Of a stretch of DNA of 40,575 nucleotides, positions 26,684 to 37,953 are shown piece after piece. The notes beneath the pieces were generated by a model. The model saw only the letters and a list, made by a program, of their open reading frames with translations, was not told where the DNA came from and searched no databases. The translations under genes and the position numbers were made by a program. The stretch is from Spirochaetaceae bacterium (lineage in GTDB: Bacteria > Spirochaetota > Spirochaetia > DSM-27196 > PWMO01), in contig JBKHEN010000003.1 in the NCBI GenBank assembly GCA_046540795.1, positions 1 through 40,575 of the forward strand, in the 5' to 3' direction. Each line of letters begins with the position of its first letter. Position 1 is the first letter of the stretch.

Positions 26684-26749
26684 GAAACCCCCTATTAGAG
26701 AAATACTATAGTGTTATTGTAAGATATAATAATGGGGGGCTGCGGTCGT

Positions 26750-27349
26750 CTACTCCGATTCCGCGTTGCCGGAGCCGTCTCCGCCGTGCATGACGAAGGC
26801 CAGCTTCAGCATGGCCGCCTGCAACAGATTGGTCAGCCGGTATTCCGACAGATCCTCCGGCGTCTCCGATTCACTGAGAATCTGCGCCGTTCTCTCGGGG
26901 TTGGACAACGCGTAGAGCACGCTGAAGGCCCGGACCGCTGCGTCGTCGAGGCGGGACTCATCCTCCATCCCTCCGGCAAGGCGAAATCCCCGCAGGAAAC
27001 CGCCGGCAAGCTCACGGGCCGTGCCGATCAGCTCCTCGTCCGGATCCTCGTTTTCCAAGCCGTAGCCCGCCGCGGGCTCTCCGGTGGTAATCTCTTCATA
27101 GGCTTCGTTGAATCCCGTCTCACAGGTCTTGACGTATTCCCGAAGCCGGGGGAAGGAATCGAAGCTCGGCATGCTCTTCGCGCCCTCGGTGTCACGGAAG
27201 AAGAGCTCGGACAACCAGACGTTCTCCTTGACTTCCTCGGGGCCGGCCATGAGACCGAGGAGAAACCCGTGAATCTGGGAAGGGGTCATGGGCTCGACAC
27301 AAAACTGCTCGAGCATCGTATTGAGACTGCGGGCAGTATGTTTCAACAT
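26750..27349 (-). CDS. UPF0149/YecA-family protein lacking a SEC-C motif
   Basis: PMTPSQIHGFLLGLMAGP...WLSELF...ELAGGFLRGF; the start at ATG 27349 is inferred. Confidence 0.6.
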   Translation of the reverse strand: MLKHTARSLNTMLEQFCVEPMTPSQIHGFLLGLMAGPEEVKENVWLSELFFRDTEGAKSMPSFDSFPRLREYVKTCETGFNEAYEEITTGEPAAGYGLENEDPDEELIGTARELAGGFLRGFRLAGGMEDESRLDDAAVRAFSVLYALSNPERTAQILSESETPEDLSEYRLTNLLQAAMLKLAFVMHGGDGSGNAESE

Positions 27350-27443
27350 GTCGTTCTTCCGGCAGGCCCGAGAAATCCAACAAGCGGGTGCCCCGGGAAC
27401 CGACGACTTCCGACCAAGGCACCCGCCCGACCCTTCGGGGCAG

Positions 27444-27836
27444 CTATTCTTCCTCGAGGGTCTTGGTGAATTTCTCGTACTCCGAGGCGTCGAGGAGATT
27501 CTCGTACTCACTGATATCACTGGGTTTGATCTTGATGATCCACCCGTCGCCGAAGGGAGACCGGTTGATGGTCTCCGGGCTGTCGGAGAGAGCTTCGTTC
27601 ACCTCGGCGATCTCACCGCTTACCGGCATATACACGTCGCTCGCGGACTTGACGCTCTCTACCACGCCGAAACTCTCGCCCTCCTGGAAGCTATCACCGA
27701 CTTCGGGCAGCTCCACGTACACAACATCTCCGAGGCTGTCCTGGGCATAGTCGCTGACACCGACGACGACCAGGTCTCCCTCTTTACGGGCCCACTCGTG
27801 AGACTTGCGGTACTTCACCGAATCATCAAACGTCAT
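27444..27836 (-). CDS. gcvH: Glycine cleavage system H protein (lipoyl carrier)
   Basis: SHEWA, GVSDYAQDSLGDVVYVELP, VESVKSASD (lipoyl Lys), SPFGDGWI; SD GGAGG. Confidence 0.96.
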   Translation of the reverse strand: MTFDDSVKYRKSHEWARKEGDLVVVGVSDYAQDSLGDVVYVELPEVGDSFQEGESFGVVESVKSASDVYMPVSGEIAEVNEALSDSPETINRSPFGDGWIIKIKPSDISEYENLLDASEYEKFTKTLEEE

Positions 27837-27907
27837 CGCTTTCCTCCCTTGAGTTTTTCGGGCCGAAGTAGACAGAATGTGGTTTATTTCTTTTGAAGGA
27901 AACGGAT

Positions 27908-28142
27908 TAATCCCCGCTATCCCCGAGTTATCCACAATCCGTCCACACGTCTATGTCGATCCGCAATCGGCTCGGTATCTCTACCGTACTCCCCGTTGGC
28001 CCACAGTGCAACCCCGAAAACGCGCAACTTACCCTCTGCCCGACGCCTGTAAAGGTGTTCTTCCTCGTTGAATCCGCCCGACTCGCCGTCCGCGGACGAA
28101 GGAGTACCAACCGCCCCAACGCTTGTCCACAAGATATCCACA
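27908..28142 (+). promoter_or_regulatory. DnaA-box cluster outside oriC (between jag and gcvH)
   Basis: TTATCCACA 27928-27936 (perfect), CCGTCCACA 27939-27947, TTGTCCACA 28123-28131 and ATATCCACA 28134-28142, plus weaker co-oriented boxes. Confidence 0.65.
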
Positions 28143-28152
28143 AGCGTAAGAA

Positions 28153-28815
28153 TTATCGATCCGCATCGCCTGTATAGTAGACGCGCACCTGCTTGTACAG
28201 CCCTTCCCCTTCGCTGCGCGTAGCAATCCCGGCTACGTCGTTGAGGGTGGTATGAATGAGGCGGCGCTCGAAGGGATTCATCGGCTCGAGCAGTTTCGAT
28301 CCCCCCGAGCGTTTGACCTCGTCTCCAACCTTGTGGGCGAGTCGTATCAGGCTCTCCTCCCGGCGATTGCGGTAGTTTTCCGCATCGACAACCACTTTGA
28401 TGTCCTCGTGACCGAGCCGCCCGGCCACGACATTCGCCAGAAGCTGAATCGCGTCCAGATTCTTTCCTTTGCGTCCGATCAGAATGTTGGAGTGCTTCGA
28501 GTCGAGCTTGAGCCCGATTTTGTTGTCCTCACGATAGGCAATGCGGACGTCGGCCGAATACCCCATCTTCTCGGTGACGTTGTGCACGAAATCGACTAAT
28601 CCGTGCTCGAAATCGTCCTCCGCCTCGCCGCTGCGCACGGCGGTTCCGCCGCCGTCGTAATGCACGCGAATCTTCACGCGCTTACCCATGCCGAGAAAGC
28701 CCGCTTTCTGACTATCTACGATCTCGACATCGAACTCGTTGCGCTCGATCCCGAGATCGGCTATCGCCTGATCGATTGCCTCCTTCTCGGTGCGCCCTTC
28801 GAACTCTTGTACCAT
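28153..28815 (-). CDS. jag: Jag/KhpB (EloR) RNA-binding protein
   Basis: Jag_N (EFEGRTEKEAI, GFLG), KH (LIGRKGKNLDAIQ), R3H (MNPFERRLIH). Confidence 0.95.
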   Translation of the reverse strand: MVQEFEGRTEKEAIDQAIADLGIERNEFDVEIVDSQKAGFLGMGKRVKIRVHYDGGGTAVRSGEAEDDFEHGLVDFVHNVTEKMGYSADVRIAYREDNKIGLKLDSKHSNILIGRKGKNLDAIQLLANVVAGRLGHEDIKVVVDAENYRNRREESLIRLAHKVGDEVKRSGGSKLLEPMNPFERRLIHTTLNDVAGIATRSEGEGLYKQVRVYYTGDADR

Positions 28816-28830
28816 AGTCTTGCTCCTGTT

Positions 28831-30615
28831 TTAGGCATGCCTGTGTTTGACTTTATTATTGTAGTACTGCTGCCCCGCGGTAAGGATGTTCGTGGTAATC
28901 CAGTACACCAAGAGTCCCGACGGCATGTTGTAGAGAACGAAGAAGAACACGATCGGCAGCACATAGGTAATCATGCGCATCTGTTGAGTCGACGCGCTCG
29001 GGCTCTGCATGATCTTGCTCGTAATGAGCTGCGTACCTACAAACAGAATGGGCAGCAGTCGCAGATCGTTCCATCCGAGAATCGGCAGGGTGAAGTCCCC
29101 GAAGCTCAAAATCGATTCCGGGGCGGAGAGGTCATCTATCCAGCCGGGAATGAAAGTTGCCCCCCGCAGGTCAAAGTGATTGTTGAACAACCCGAACATG
29201 GCGATGAAGAACGGCAACTGCAGGAGCATCGGCAGACATCCGCCCAAGGGGTTCACCCCGGCCTTCTTGTAGAGACTTGCCATCTCCTGGTTCATCTTCT
29301 GCGGGTTGTCTTTGTACTTTTGGCGGATCTCCTGCATCTGGGGACTAAGCTCCTGCATCTTCGCCGTGGAGTCGTAGCTCTTGCGGGTGAGCGGATAGAG
29401 GAGCCCCTTTACTATCAGCGTGAGAATAATGATGGCTACGCCGTAGTTCGGCACAAAGCGGCTTATGAAGTTGAGCGCGGCTTTCAGAACGTTTTCGAGC
29501 CAACCGAGGAGCAACCGCGTGTCCACCGCCTCCTGCAGATCCAGGTTGCGCATGCCCCAGGCATTGTCCCGGGCGTCGTTGTACCGCTCGAGCTCCCGCG
29601 GCACCTTCGGTCCCAGGAAGAACCGAAAGGTATCCGCATTGCGGGAACTCTCGATCGTCGAGCGCGAAAAGAAGACCTTTGAGGCGTCCGGGATACCCGA
29701 CTCCGGCTCCGTGGAGAACACCGTTCGGTAACGCGCGGAATCGAGCACACCGATGACCGAGAAATACTTACCGCTTATCGCCGCCCAATCGATCTGCTCT
29801 TCGATGGTCTCCTGCTCGCCCGTGTCGAGCCCGTAGGACTCGCGGTTACCCCCGGCGTATGTGAAGTACCGGCGGTATTCCATCTCTCTCGGCCCGGCAC
29901 GTCCTCCCGCGAGATCCTCGAACTCGGGACCTATCTGCGGGCCGAACTCCAGGGTATAGGCAATGCCGTCGTAGTCGAGGGGAATGTAGCGATTCACGCT
30001 GTTCTCCATCTCGACGTCGATCTCGAACAGGTATTCTCCGGGCTCGAAGCTATAGCGCTTCACAACGCGAAACGGCTCATCCTCGTTTCCCACCACGTAG
30101 AAATCCCGATAAAACTCCACCACATTGGGATCCGACGTCTCGCGATAGTGATACAACGCCGTATCGACGTCCGCTTGCGCGTCACCGAAGTGTAGACGGA
30201 ACGCGGCCTGATCCTCGCCGCCCCGCAGGATCATCTCCACGGGCTCATCATCGGAGAAGTGTTCGCGCAGGCGAAACGACGTCACCCCGGCGCCCCGGGG
30301 CGTGAAGGTAACGTCGATGATTTCATTGCTATACTCCTGCGGCGTCTCGGGAATATCATCCTCGGGGACGGGCTCCACCGCGCCGGCGCGCCGTGGCTCC
30401 GCTGCCTCTGCCGACTCGGCTTCAGGCTCCTCCTCGGTGACCTCCGGCTCTTCACCCTCCGGCTGAGTGGGTTCCTGCCGCCGAGACGGTTCTTCGGCGT
30501 CCTCTTGCACTTGCTCCGGTGGAGGTTCGGGCGGATACAGAATGTTCTGCACCATGAACCCCACGGTAATGACGATTACCGACAGGACTACGGCTATTAC
30601 GGTGTTCTTGTCCAT
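28831..30615 (-). CDS. yidC: Membrane protein insertase YidC
   Basis: N-terminal TM, large periplasmic domain, NYGVAIIILT, NPLGGCLP, WIDDLSAP, PSGLLVYW. Confidence 0.96.
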   Translation of the reverse strand: MDKNTVIAVVLSVIVITVGFMVQNILYPPEPPPEQVQEDAEEPSRRQEPTQPEGEEPEVTEEEPEAESAEAAEPRRAGAVEPVPEDDIPETPQEYSNEIIDVTFTPRGAGVTSFRLREHFSDDEPVEMILRGGEDQAAFRLHFGDAQADVDTALYHYRETSDPNVVEFYRDFYVVGNEDEPFRVVKRYSFEPGEYLFEIDVEMENSVNRYIPLDYDGIAYTLEFGPQIGPEFEDLAGGRAGPREMEYRRYFTYAGGNRESYGLDTGEQETIEEQIDWAAISGKYFSVIGVLDSARYRTVFSTEPESGIPDASKVFFSRSTIESSRNADTFRFFLGPKVPRELERYNDARDNAWGMRNLDLQEAVDTRLLLGWLENVLKAALNFISRFVPNYGVAIIILTLIVKGLLYPLTRKSYDSTAKMQELSPQMQEIRQKYKDNPQKMNQEMASLYKKAGVNPLGGCLPMLLQLPFFIAMFGLFNNHFDLRGATFIPGWIDDLSAPESILSFGDFTLPILGWNDLRLLPILFVGTQLITSKIMQSPSASTQQMRMITYVLPIVFFFVLYNMPSGLLVYWITTNILTAGQQYYNNKVKHRHA

Positions 30616-30971
30616 GAATGCTCCAAATCTTCGTCGAGCACGCGGGCGTCCCGCAGGAGGCGCCGAACCTGGTCTATTCGATCATGGAAGGTGTACGAGC
30701 CAGGGTAGATAACGAAGGCACAATCGAACCCGCCCTTCATCTCCGGCTTCACGCGACGATACGCTTCTTTCCCGACTCGCTTGAGACGGTTTCTTCGCAC
30801 GGCGTTTCCCGCCTTCCGGGGCGGGACTACGAGAACCCGGTTATAGGGCAAGCCGTTTTCCGAAACCCGGAGCCTGAGGCCCCGGCAGCCAACGCTCCTC
30901 CCCTGCTCGAAAACCCGACGAATATCGGCTCTTCGCCTCAGCCGCTCGTTTCTAGTAAGGCTTTCGCTCAT
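30597..30971 (-). CDS. rnpA: Ribonuclease P protein component
   Basis: [13 protein letters not shown] and the RNR motif AVRRNRLKR; lies between rpmH and yidC and overlaps both. Confidence 0.9.
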   Translation of the reverse strand: MSESLTRNERLRRRADIRRVFEQGRSVGCRGLRLRVSENGLPYNRVLVVPPRKAGNAVRRNRLKRVGKEAYRRVKPEMKGGFDCAFVIYPGSYTFHDRIDQVRRLLRDARVLDEDLEHSWTRTP

Positions 30972-31107
30972 CCGATACGGACAGCTTCTTCCGACCTTTT
31001 GCGCGACGACGCTTAAGCACGGCGCGGCCACCGCGGGTCTTCATGCGGGCGCGAAACCCGAATTTTCGGTTTCGCTTGCGCCTGCTCGGCTGATAGGTTC
31101 GTTTCAT
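30952..31107 (-). CDS. rpmH: 50S ribosomal protein L34 (missing from the ORF track)
   Basis: Translated by hand: [51 protein letters not shown]. Confidence 0.97.
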   Translation of the reverse strand: MKRTYQPSRRKRNRKFGFRARMKTRGGRAVLKRRRAKGRKKLSVSDERKPY

Positions 31108-31154
31108 ATGTCCAGCTCCAAAAGAGAATTAATCGGTCACGTGAATGGAATCGT

Positions 31155-31184
31155 AGTATAGCGAGGCAGTGAGATACGTGTCAA
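31155..31184 (-). promoter_or_regulatory. Sigma70-type promoter of rpmH
   Basis: TTGACA (31184-31179), 18 nt spacer, TATACT (31160-31155). Confidence 0.65.
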
Positions 31185-31723
31185 TCGGCTGACTCCGTGG
31201 TGTTCTCGTCGGTAAGATCCTCATAGAGTCGAGACAAAGTCTCCTTCAAGTGCTCGTTCTCGATGTGCTCGAGGGCTTCCTGCGCGTTCTCGCTCTCTTC
31301 GGCGGCGCCGCCGGCCGTATCCTCCGCTTTCCCTTTCTCCGTGTCCTCGGCTCCGCTCTTGCTCGGTGCGCCCGGTGCGCTCGCCTTGCGGCCCCGTCCC
31401 CTCGGCGGACCGGGATCCTTCGGTGTATCCTCACCGAAGCTATCCACCAGCCGCATCTGCATGGTGCGGATCTCGAGTTGAGGATACTCCCGGGCAATAC
31501 GAGAGAGAATCTCTTCCCGTTTCATCTGCAACATCTGCATCCATCCCGGATGATCCACCTGCACCTTCAGTGCGCCCCGGTCGATATCAGTTACTTGCGT
31601 GTGTGCCGCCAGGTCGGTACCTACGATGCGATGCCAGCTGCGGAAGAATTGTACGTACTTCTGCCCGCCGGTGATGTTATGCATCCGCAAGAACGCTTCG
31701 ACAAGGTCACCCGCCCGTTCCAT
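31181..31723 (-). CDS. dciA: DUF721/DciA family helicase loader
   Basis: WHRIVGTDLAAHT...LKVQVDHPGWMQMLQMKREEIL; lies immediately downstream of recF. Confidence 0.82.
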   Translation of the reverse strand: MERAGDLVEAFLRMHNITGGQKYVQFFRSWHRIVGTDLAAHTQVTDIDRGALKVQVDHPGWMQMLQMKREEILSRIAREYPQLEIRTMQMRLVDSFGEDTPKDPGPPRGRGRKASAPGAPSKSGAEDTEKGKAEDTAGGAAEESENAQEALEHIENEHLKETLSRLYEDLTDENTTESAD

Positions 31724-32810
31724 ACGGCATAATGGTACCCCCGCGAACGCGATAGATCAATGTGTCGCCGGCGGCGTAGTCGGTGAATCGCTCGTCGGGA
31801 AGGAACGTGAAAAAGGCCTGCTCATAGCTCGGCAGGGCTTCGAGAAAGCGCGCTCGGCGAAGGGGATCGAGCTCGAGGAGTACGTCGTCGAGAAGCAGAA
31901 CCGGCCGCCGGCCGCTGCGCGAGGCGAAGAAACCCGCCTGGGCAACGCGGAGGATGAGCGACACCAGCCGCAACTGCCCGGTAGAAGCGGTCTCGGTAAA
32001 GTCCGCCCCGCGATACCGAAAGATGAATCGATCCCGATGAGGACCCGATGTCGTTGTAGTCATTACCCGATCGCGCTCTCGCCGTCGATAGAGTTGCTCG
32101 ATCGCGGCTTCCGTGTCCGCTGATCCCTCCTTGAGTCGCCACGACGGTCGATACTCAATGTGCATAGGTTCCTCGAACCCCGATACCCGAGAGAATAACC
32201 GCGAGAACGTCTCGTTGAACGCCGATACGGCTTCCCGACGCTTTGCGAGCATCTCGCAGCCCGCTTCCGCCAAGCGCCGATCATAGACGTCGAGGAGGTC
32301 GAGCCGTCCCTGCTTCAACGCGGCGTTTCTCTCCCGTAGAATTCGACGATAGTTACGAAGCACGTCGATAAAAAGCGGATCGTAGAGACTCAGTGTTTGA
32401 TCAAAGAAGAAGCGCTGCCGCTCCGGCGCACCGTACACGAACTCGATGTCGTCGTGGGCAAAGATGATACAGGGGAGAATGAAGACGAGATCCTTGCGGT
32501 CGACAAGGGATTTTCCGTTTAGACGAATGGTCTTTTTTCCGCCGCCCCATCCGTATACGATTTCGTGGCGTTCGCCGCGGGGATCGGTAAGTCGTCCGAG
32601 GAGCTTCAGCCGGTCCGCTCCCTCGCGACAGAGCCTCTCGTCCCGACGTGTGCGAAAGGATGCCCCATAACACAACACGTAGATCGTCTCGAGGAAGTTT
32701 GTCTTGCCCTGACCGTTTTCCCCGACCAGGAATACTCGAGGTGAAGACACCTCGATCTCGGTGTCGGCGAGGTTCCGGAAGTTATACGTTCTGACGCTCT
32801 CGAAACCCAC
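31707..32810 (-). CDS. recF: DNA replication/repair protein RecF
   Basis: FRNL, Walker A GENGQGKTN, GPHRD, STGQ, LLLDDVLLELD. Confidence 0.96.
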   Translation of the reverse strand: MGFESVRTYNFRNLADTEIEVSSPRVFLVGENGQGKTNFLETIYVLCYGASFRTRRDERLCREGADRLKLLGRLTDPRGERHEIVYGWGGGKKTIRLNGKSLVDRKDLVFILPCIIFAHDDIEFVYGAPERQRFFFDQTLSLYDPLFIDVLRNYRRILRERNAALKQGRLDLLDVYDRRLAEAGCEMLAKRREAVSAFNETFSRLFSRVSGFEEPMHIEYRPSWRLKEGSADTEAAIEQLYRRRERDRVMTTTTSGPHRDRFIFRYRGADFTETASTGQLRLVSLILRVAQAGFFASRSGRRPVLLLDDVLLELDPLRRARFLEALPSYEQAFFTFLPDERFTDYAAGDTLIYRVRGGTIMPYGTGG

Positions 32811-32816
32811 GAAGGT

Positions 32817-33920
32817 CTAGTCGAGCTGCATCGGCATGACGATGTGAAAGTAGTCTTTCTCCGGGCTGGAGTAGATACTCACCGCTCGGGTCGGCTCGGA
32901 AAAACGGATGGAGACATCCTCGGTATCAATTACCCGCAGAGGCTCGAGCAGGTACATGTAATTCAGCGCGAGCTTCTGCTCCGGGCCGTCGTAGCTGCAG
33001 GATATCTCTTCCCTTGCCACCCCGACCTCGCTTTCATCCGAAGACAGAACCATCACCTGCGCATCGAGGGACACGTAGATACGTCGGGACTTCTCCACGA
33101 GCAAGGATACCCGCTTCAGCGCGTCGAGAAGCTCATCCTTTTTCACCGTGAACTCGTAGGTCTGCTCCTCGGGTATGACCCGACGGTAATTGGGAAACTG
33201 TCCCTCGATGAGGGCGGAGGAAATGCGCTGATTCTCGAATTGGACGAAGAAGTTCTTCTCGGTGACGGCCAAGGAAAACGCGCCTTCTCCGGATGCAAGT
33301 TTTCGTATGAGATTGAGAACCTTCGGTGGAATGATTACGCCGGCAAAATCGTCGATGGGCTGTTCCGGCGTCTTTTTGATAAGCGATAATCGTCGCCCGT
33401 CGGTGGCCACCATAACCAGATCTCCGTCGAGATGCTCCATGTAGACCCCGTTCATAAAATAGCGGGTTTCGTCGTCGGAGACGGCGAAGATCGTTTGCGA
33501 AATCATGTCTATGAACGCCGCCTGAGAAAGCTCGAAGTACCCCGTGTCCGCCTCGAGCTGGACCTGGGGAAACTTGTCCGCCTCGATACCCCGAAGCTGG
33601 AAATCTATCTTCTTGAACAAGGGTTTTATGGAGAAGCTTCCGTTTGCGTCCACCTCGAACTCGATGTCGCCGGACGGTAGGGAACGGAGAATCCCGAGCA
33701 ACTTTTCACAGAAGACCGTAGTAGTACCGGGATCACTTACCTCCACCGGGATCCGCGTCTCGAAGCTTACCCGCAGATCCGTTGCCCGTATGGTCAGGGA
33801 TTCTTCCGAAGCGTCGAGAAGCACGTTTGAGAGGATCGACATGCTGTTTTTCGAAGAGACGATCTCCTGAGCAACGGAGACTTCCTTCATGATGACATCG
33901 CGCTCGCAGATGAACTTCAT
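32817..33920 (-). CDS. dnaN: DNA polymerase III beta clamp
   Basis: ATDL, DETRYFMNG, VATDGRRL, FPNYRRVIP, VMPM; SD GGAGAGG before ATG 33920. Confidence 0.97.
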   Translation of the reverse strand: MKFICERDVIMKEVSVAQEIVSSKNSMSILSNVLLDASEESLTIRATDLRVSFETRIPVEVSDPGTTTVFCEKLLGILRSLPSGDIEFEVDANGSFSIKPLFKKIDFQLRGIEADKFPQVQLEADTGYFELSQAAFIDMISQTIFAVSDDETRYFMNGVYMEHLDGDLVMVATDGRRLSLIKKTPEQPIDDFAGVIIPPKVLNLIRKLASGEGAFSLAVTEKNFFVQFENQRISSALIEGQFPNYRRVIPEEQTYEFTVKKDELLDALKRVSLLVEKSRRIYVSLDAQVMVLSSDESEVGVAREEISCSYDGPEQKLALNYMYLLEPLRVIDTEDVSIRFSEPTRAVSIYSSPEKDYFHIVMPMQLD

Positions 33921-33939
33921 CAACCTCTCCTTCTTCACC

Positions 33940-34130
33940 TATATGTATATAAAACTAGAAGACGTAGTAGTAGGGGCTGTGAGTTTGTGGAAACCGGTCC
34001 TAATTCCCCGTTTTGCAAGACTCTCGGTATCGGGATAACTACGTTCGGTTATACACAATTTGCTCACTTATTCGAACCCGTTCCTTGTCATTCCCCGATC
34101 GACTCGAGATATCCCGAGCTCATCCACAGC
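33940..34130. other. oriC: oriC unwinding region (dnaA-dnaN intergenic): AT-rich tract, DnaA-trios, GC spacer and DnaA boxes
   Basis: TATATGTATATAAAAC, then TAG AAG ACG TAG TAG TAG (33956-33973), GGGC, TGTGAGTT-TGTGGAAAC (33978-33994); further boxes TTATACACA 34049-34057 and TCATCCACA 34120-34128. Confidence 0.85.
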
Positions 34131-34156
34131 TTATCATGATTCACTTCGGTCGTACC

Positions 34157-35617
34157 CTATCGGAGCTTTGTGCCCTGTTCCTTTATCTGTCGTATAAGGA
34201 ATTGTATTGTGGGTTCTACGGTCGGGTCGGTGCGCATGCGGTGCTCGATACGCTGGCATGCGTGCATCACCGTGGTATGATCCCGCCCTCCGAACTCCAG
34301 ACCCACCTCGGTAGTGGAGTATTCGGTCATCTCCCGGGCAATGTACATAGCAAGCTGTCGAGGAAAGGCGATAACCTTGGTTCTCTTCTTACCTTTGAGC
34401 TCTTGGCTTGAAAGGTTGAAGTAGTCGGCTACGGTGCGCTGAATGATGTCCATGGTGATGTTCGACTGCTTCGGACTGGCAAAAAAGTCTTTGAGCTGCT
34501 GTTGCGCCACTTCGGGGGTAATTTCCTTATCTACGAGGTCTGCGTAGGCGATCAGCTTGGTGAGAGCGGATTCGAGATCCCGCACATTGGTAGTGACGTT
34601 GTTGCAGATAAGCTCCGTTACTTCTTCGGGCATCCGGATACCTGTCCGGTCGATTTTCTTTTTAAGGATCGCGTAGCGCGTCTCGTAGGAGGGAGGCTGT
34701 AGATCAACGTTGAGACCGCGTTCGAAACGGCTCCGAAGCCGATCCGTCAGATCGCGGATATCGGAGACCGGGCGGTCGGAGGTGAAAACCATCTGCTTGT
34801 TCGAGTCGTAGAGAGCGTTGAAGGTATGAAACAGCTCCTCCTGGGTTTCCGGCTTGCCCTGGAGAAAGTGTATGTCGTCGACTAGGAGAATGTCCGCGTA
34901 TCGATAGCGGTTCTTGAAGGTCTGCGTTCGATTCTCGCGGAGGGACTGAATGAAGTCGTTGGTGAAGCTCTCCATCGTGACATAGATGATCTTGAGGTTG
35001 TCGAATTCCTGATGCGCCCAGTTACCGATGGATTGAATAAGATGTGTCTTACCCAGGCCGACCCCTCCATAGATCAGGCACGGGTTGTATCCGGTGCCGG
35101 GGTTCCGGGCGATGGCCATGGCGGCGTTTGCGGCAAAGGAATTGTTCTGTCCGATCACGAAGTTGTCGAACGTGTATTCCTCGCGGAGGGTAGAGTGGGC
35201 CGGCTTCTTCTTGCCGCCGGGCGGAGTCTTTCCTCCGGCCCGTGGGCTACTCCGGGTGTGGTGAGCTTCGTCGGTTTCTTCGGAGGAAGCCTCCTTTTCG
35301 CCGGCCGCGCCGCCACCGGTTGCATGACCGTTCGACCCGTTGTTCCCCGACCCGTTTCGTCTATTGTTGCGTACCTCGAACTCCAGGGCCAGATCGGTGC
35401 CGGAGAGCTCATGGAGCTTTTCTTCGATGACGGGAAGATAACGCTGGCGTACCTGATCGCGATAAAAGGAAGACGGTACGGTGACGACGATCTGAGAAGC
35501 GTTACTGTGGGAGAACTCCATGCGGTTAAACCACATAGAGAATTCGTGCTCGGAGAGCTCCGCCTCCAATTGCTTCATCGCTTCTTCCCAAAAGATATTC
35601 CAGGAGTCGCTACTCAT
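34157..35617 (-). CDS. dnaA: Chromosomal replication initiator DnaA
   Basis: YTFDNFV, GGVGLGKTHL, LLVDDIHF, QEELFHTFN, RLRSRF, NVRDLE, domain IV FPRQLAMY...FGGRDHTTV. Confidence 0.98.
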   Translation of the reverse strand: MSSDSWNIFWEEAMKQLEAELSEHEFSMWFNRMEFSHSNASQIVVTVPSSFYRDQVRQRYLPVIEEKLHELSGTDLALEFEVRNNRRNGSGNNGSNGHATGGGAAGEKEASSEETDEAHHTRSSPRAGGKTPPGGKKKPAHSTLREEYTFDNFVIGQNNSFAANAAMAIARNPGTGYNPCLIYGGVGLGKTHLIQSIGNWAHQEFDNLKIIYVTMESFTNDFIQSLRENRTQTFKNRYRYADILLVDDIHFLQGKPETQEELFHTFNALYDSNKQMVFTSDRPVSDIRDLTDRLRSRFERGLNVDLQPPSYETRYAILKKKIDRTGIRMPEEVTELICNNVTTNVRDLESALTKLIAYADLVDKEITPEVAQQQLKDFFASPKQSNITMDIIQRTVADYFNLSSQELKGKKRTKVIAFPRQLAMYIAREMTEYSTTEVGLEFGGRDHTTVMHACQRIEHRMRTDPTVEPTIQFLIRQIKEQGTKLR

Positions 35618-35629
35618 ACGGACCTCAAC

Positions 35630-37915
<2,286 letters not shown>

Positions 37916-37953
37916 TCGGTGCCCCCGGGCACACACTGTGTAAGGAGTAGCCG

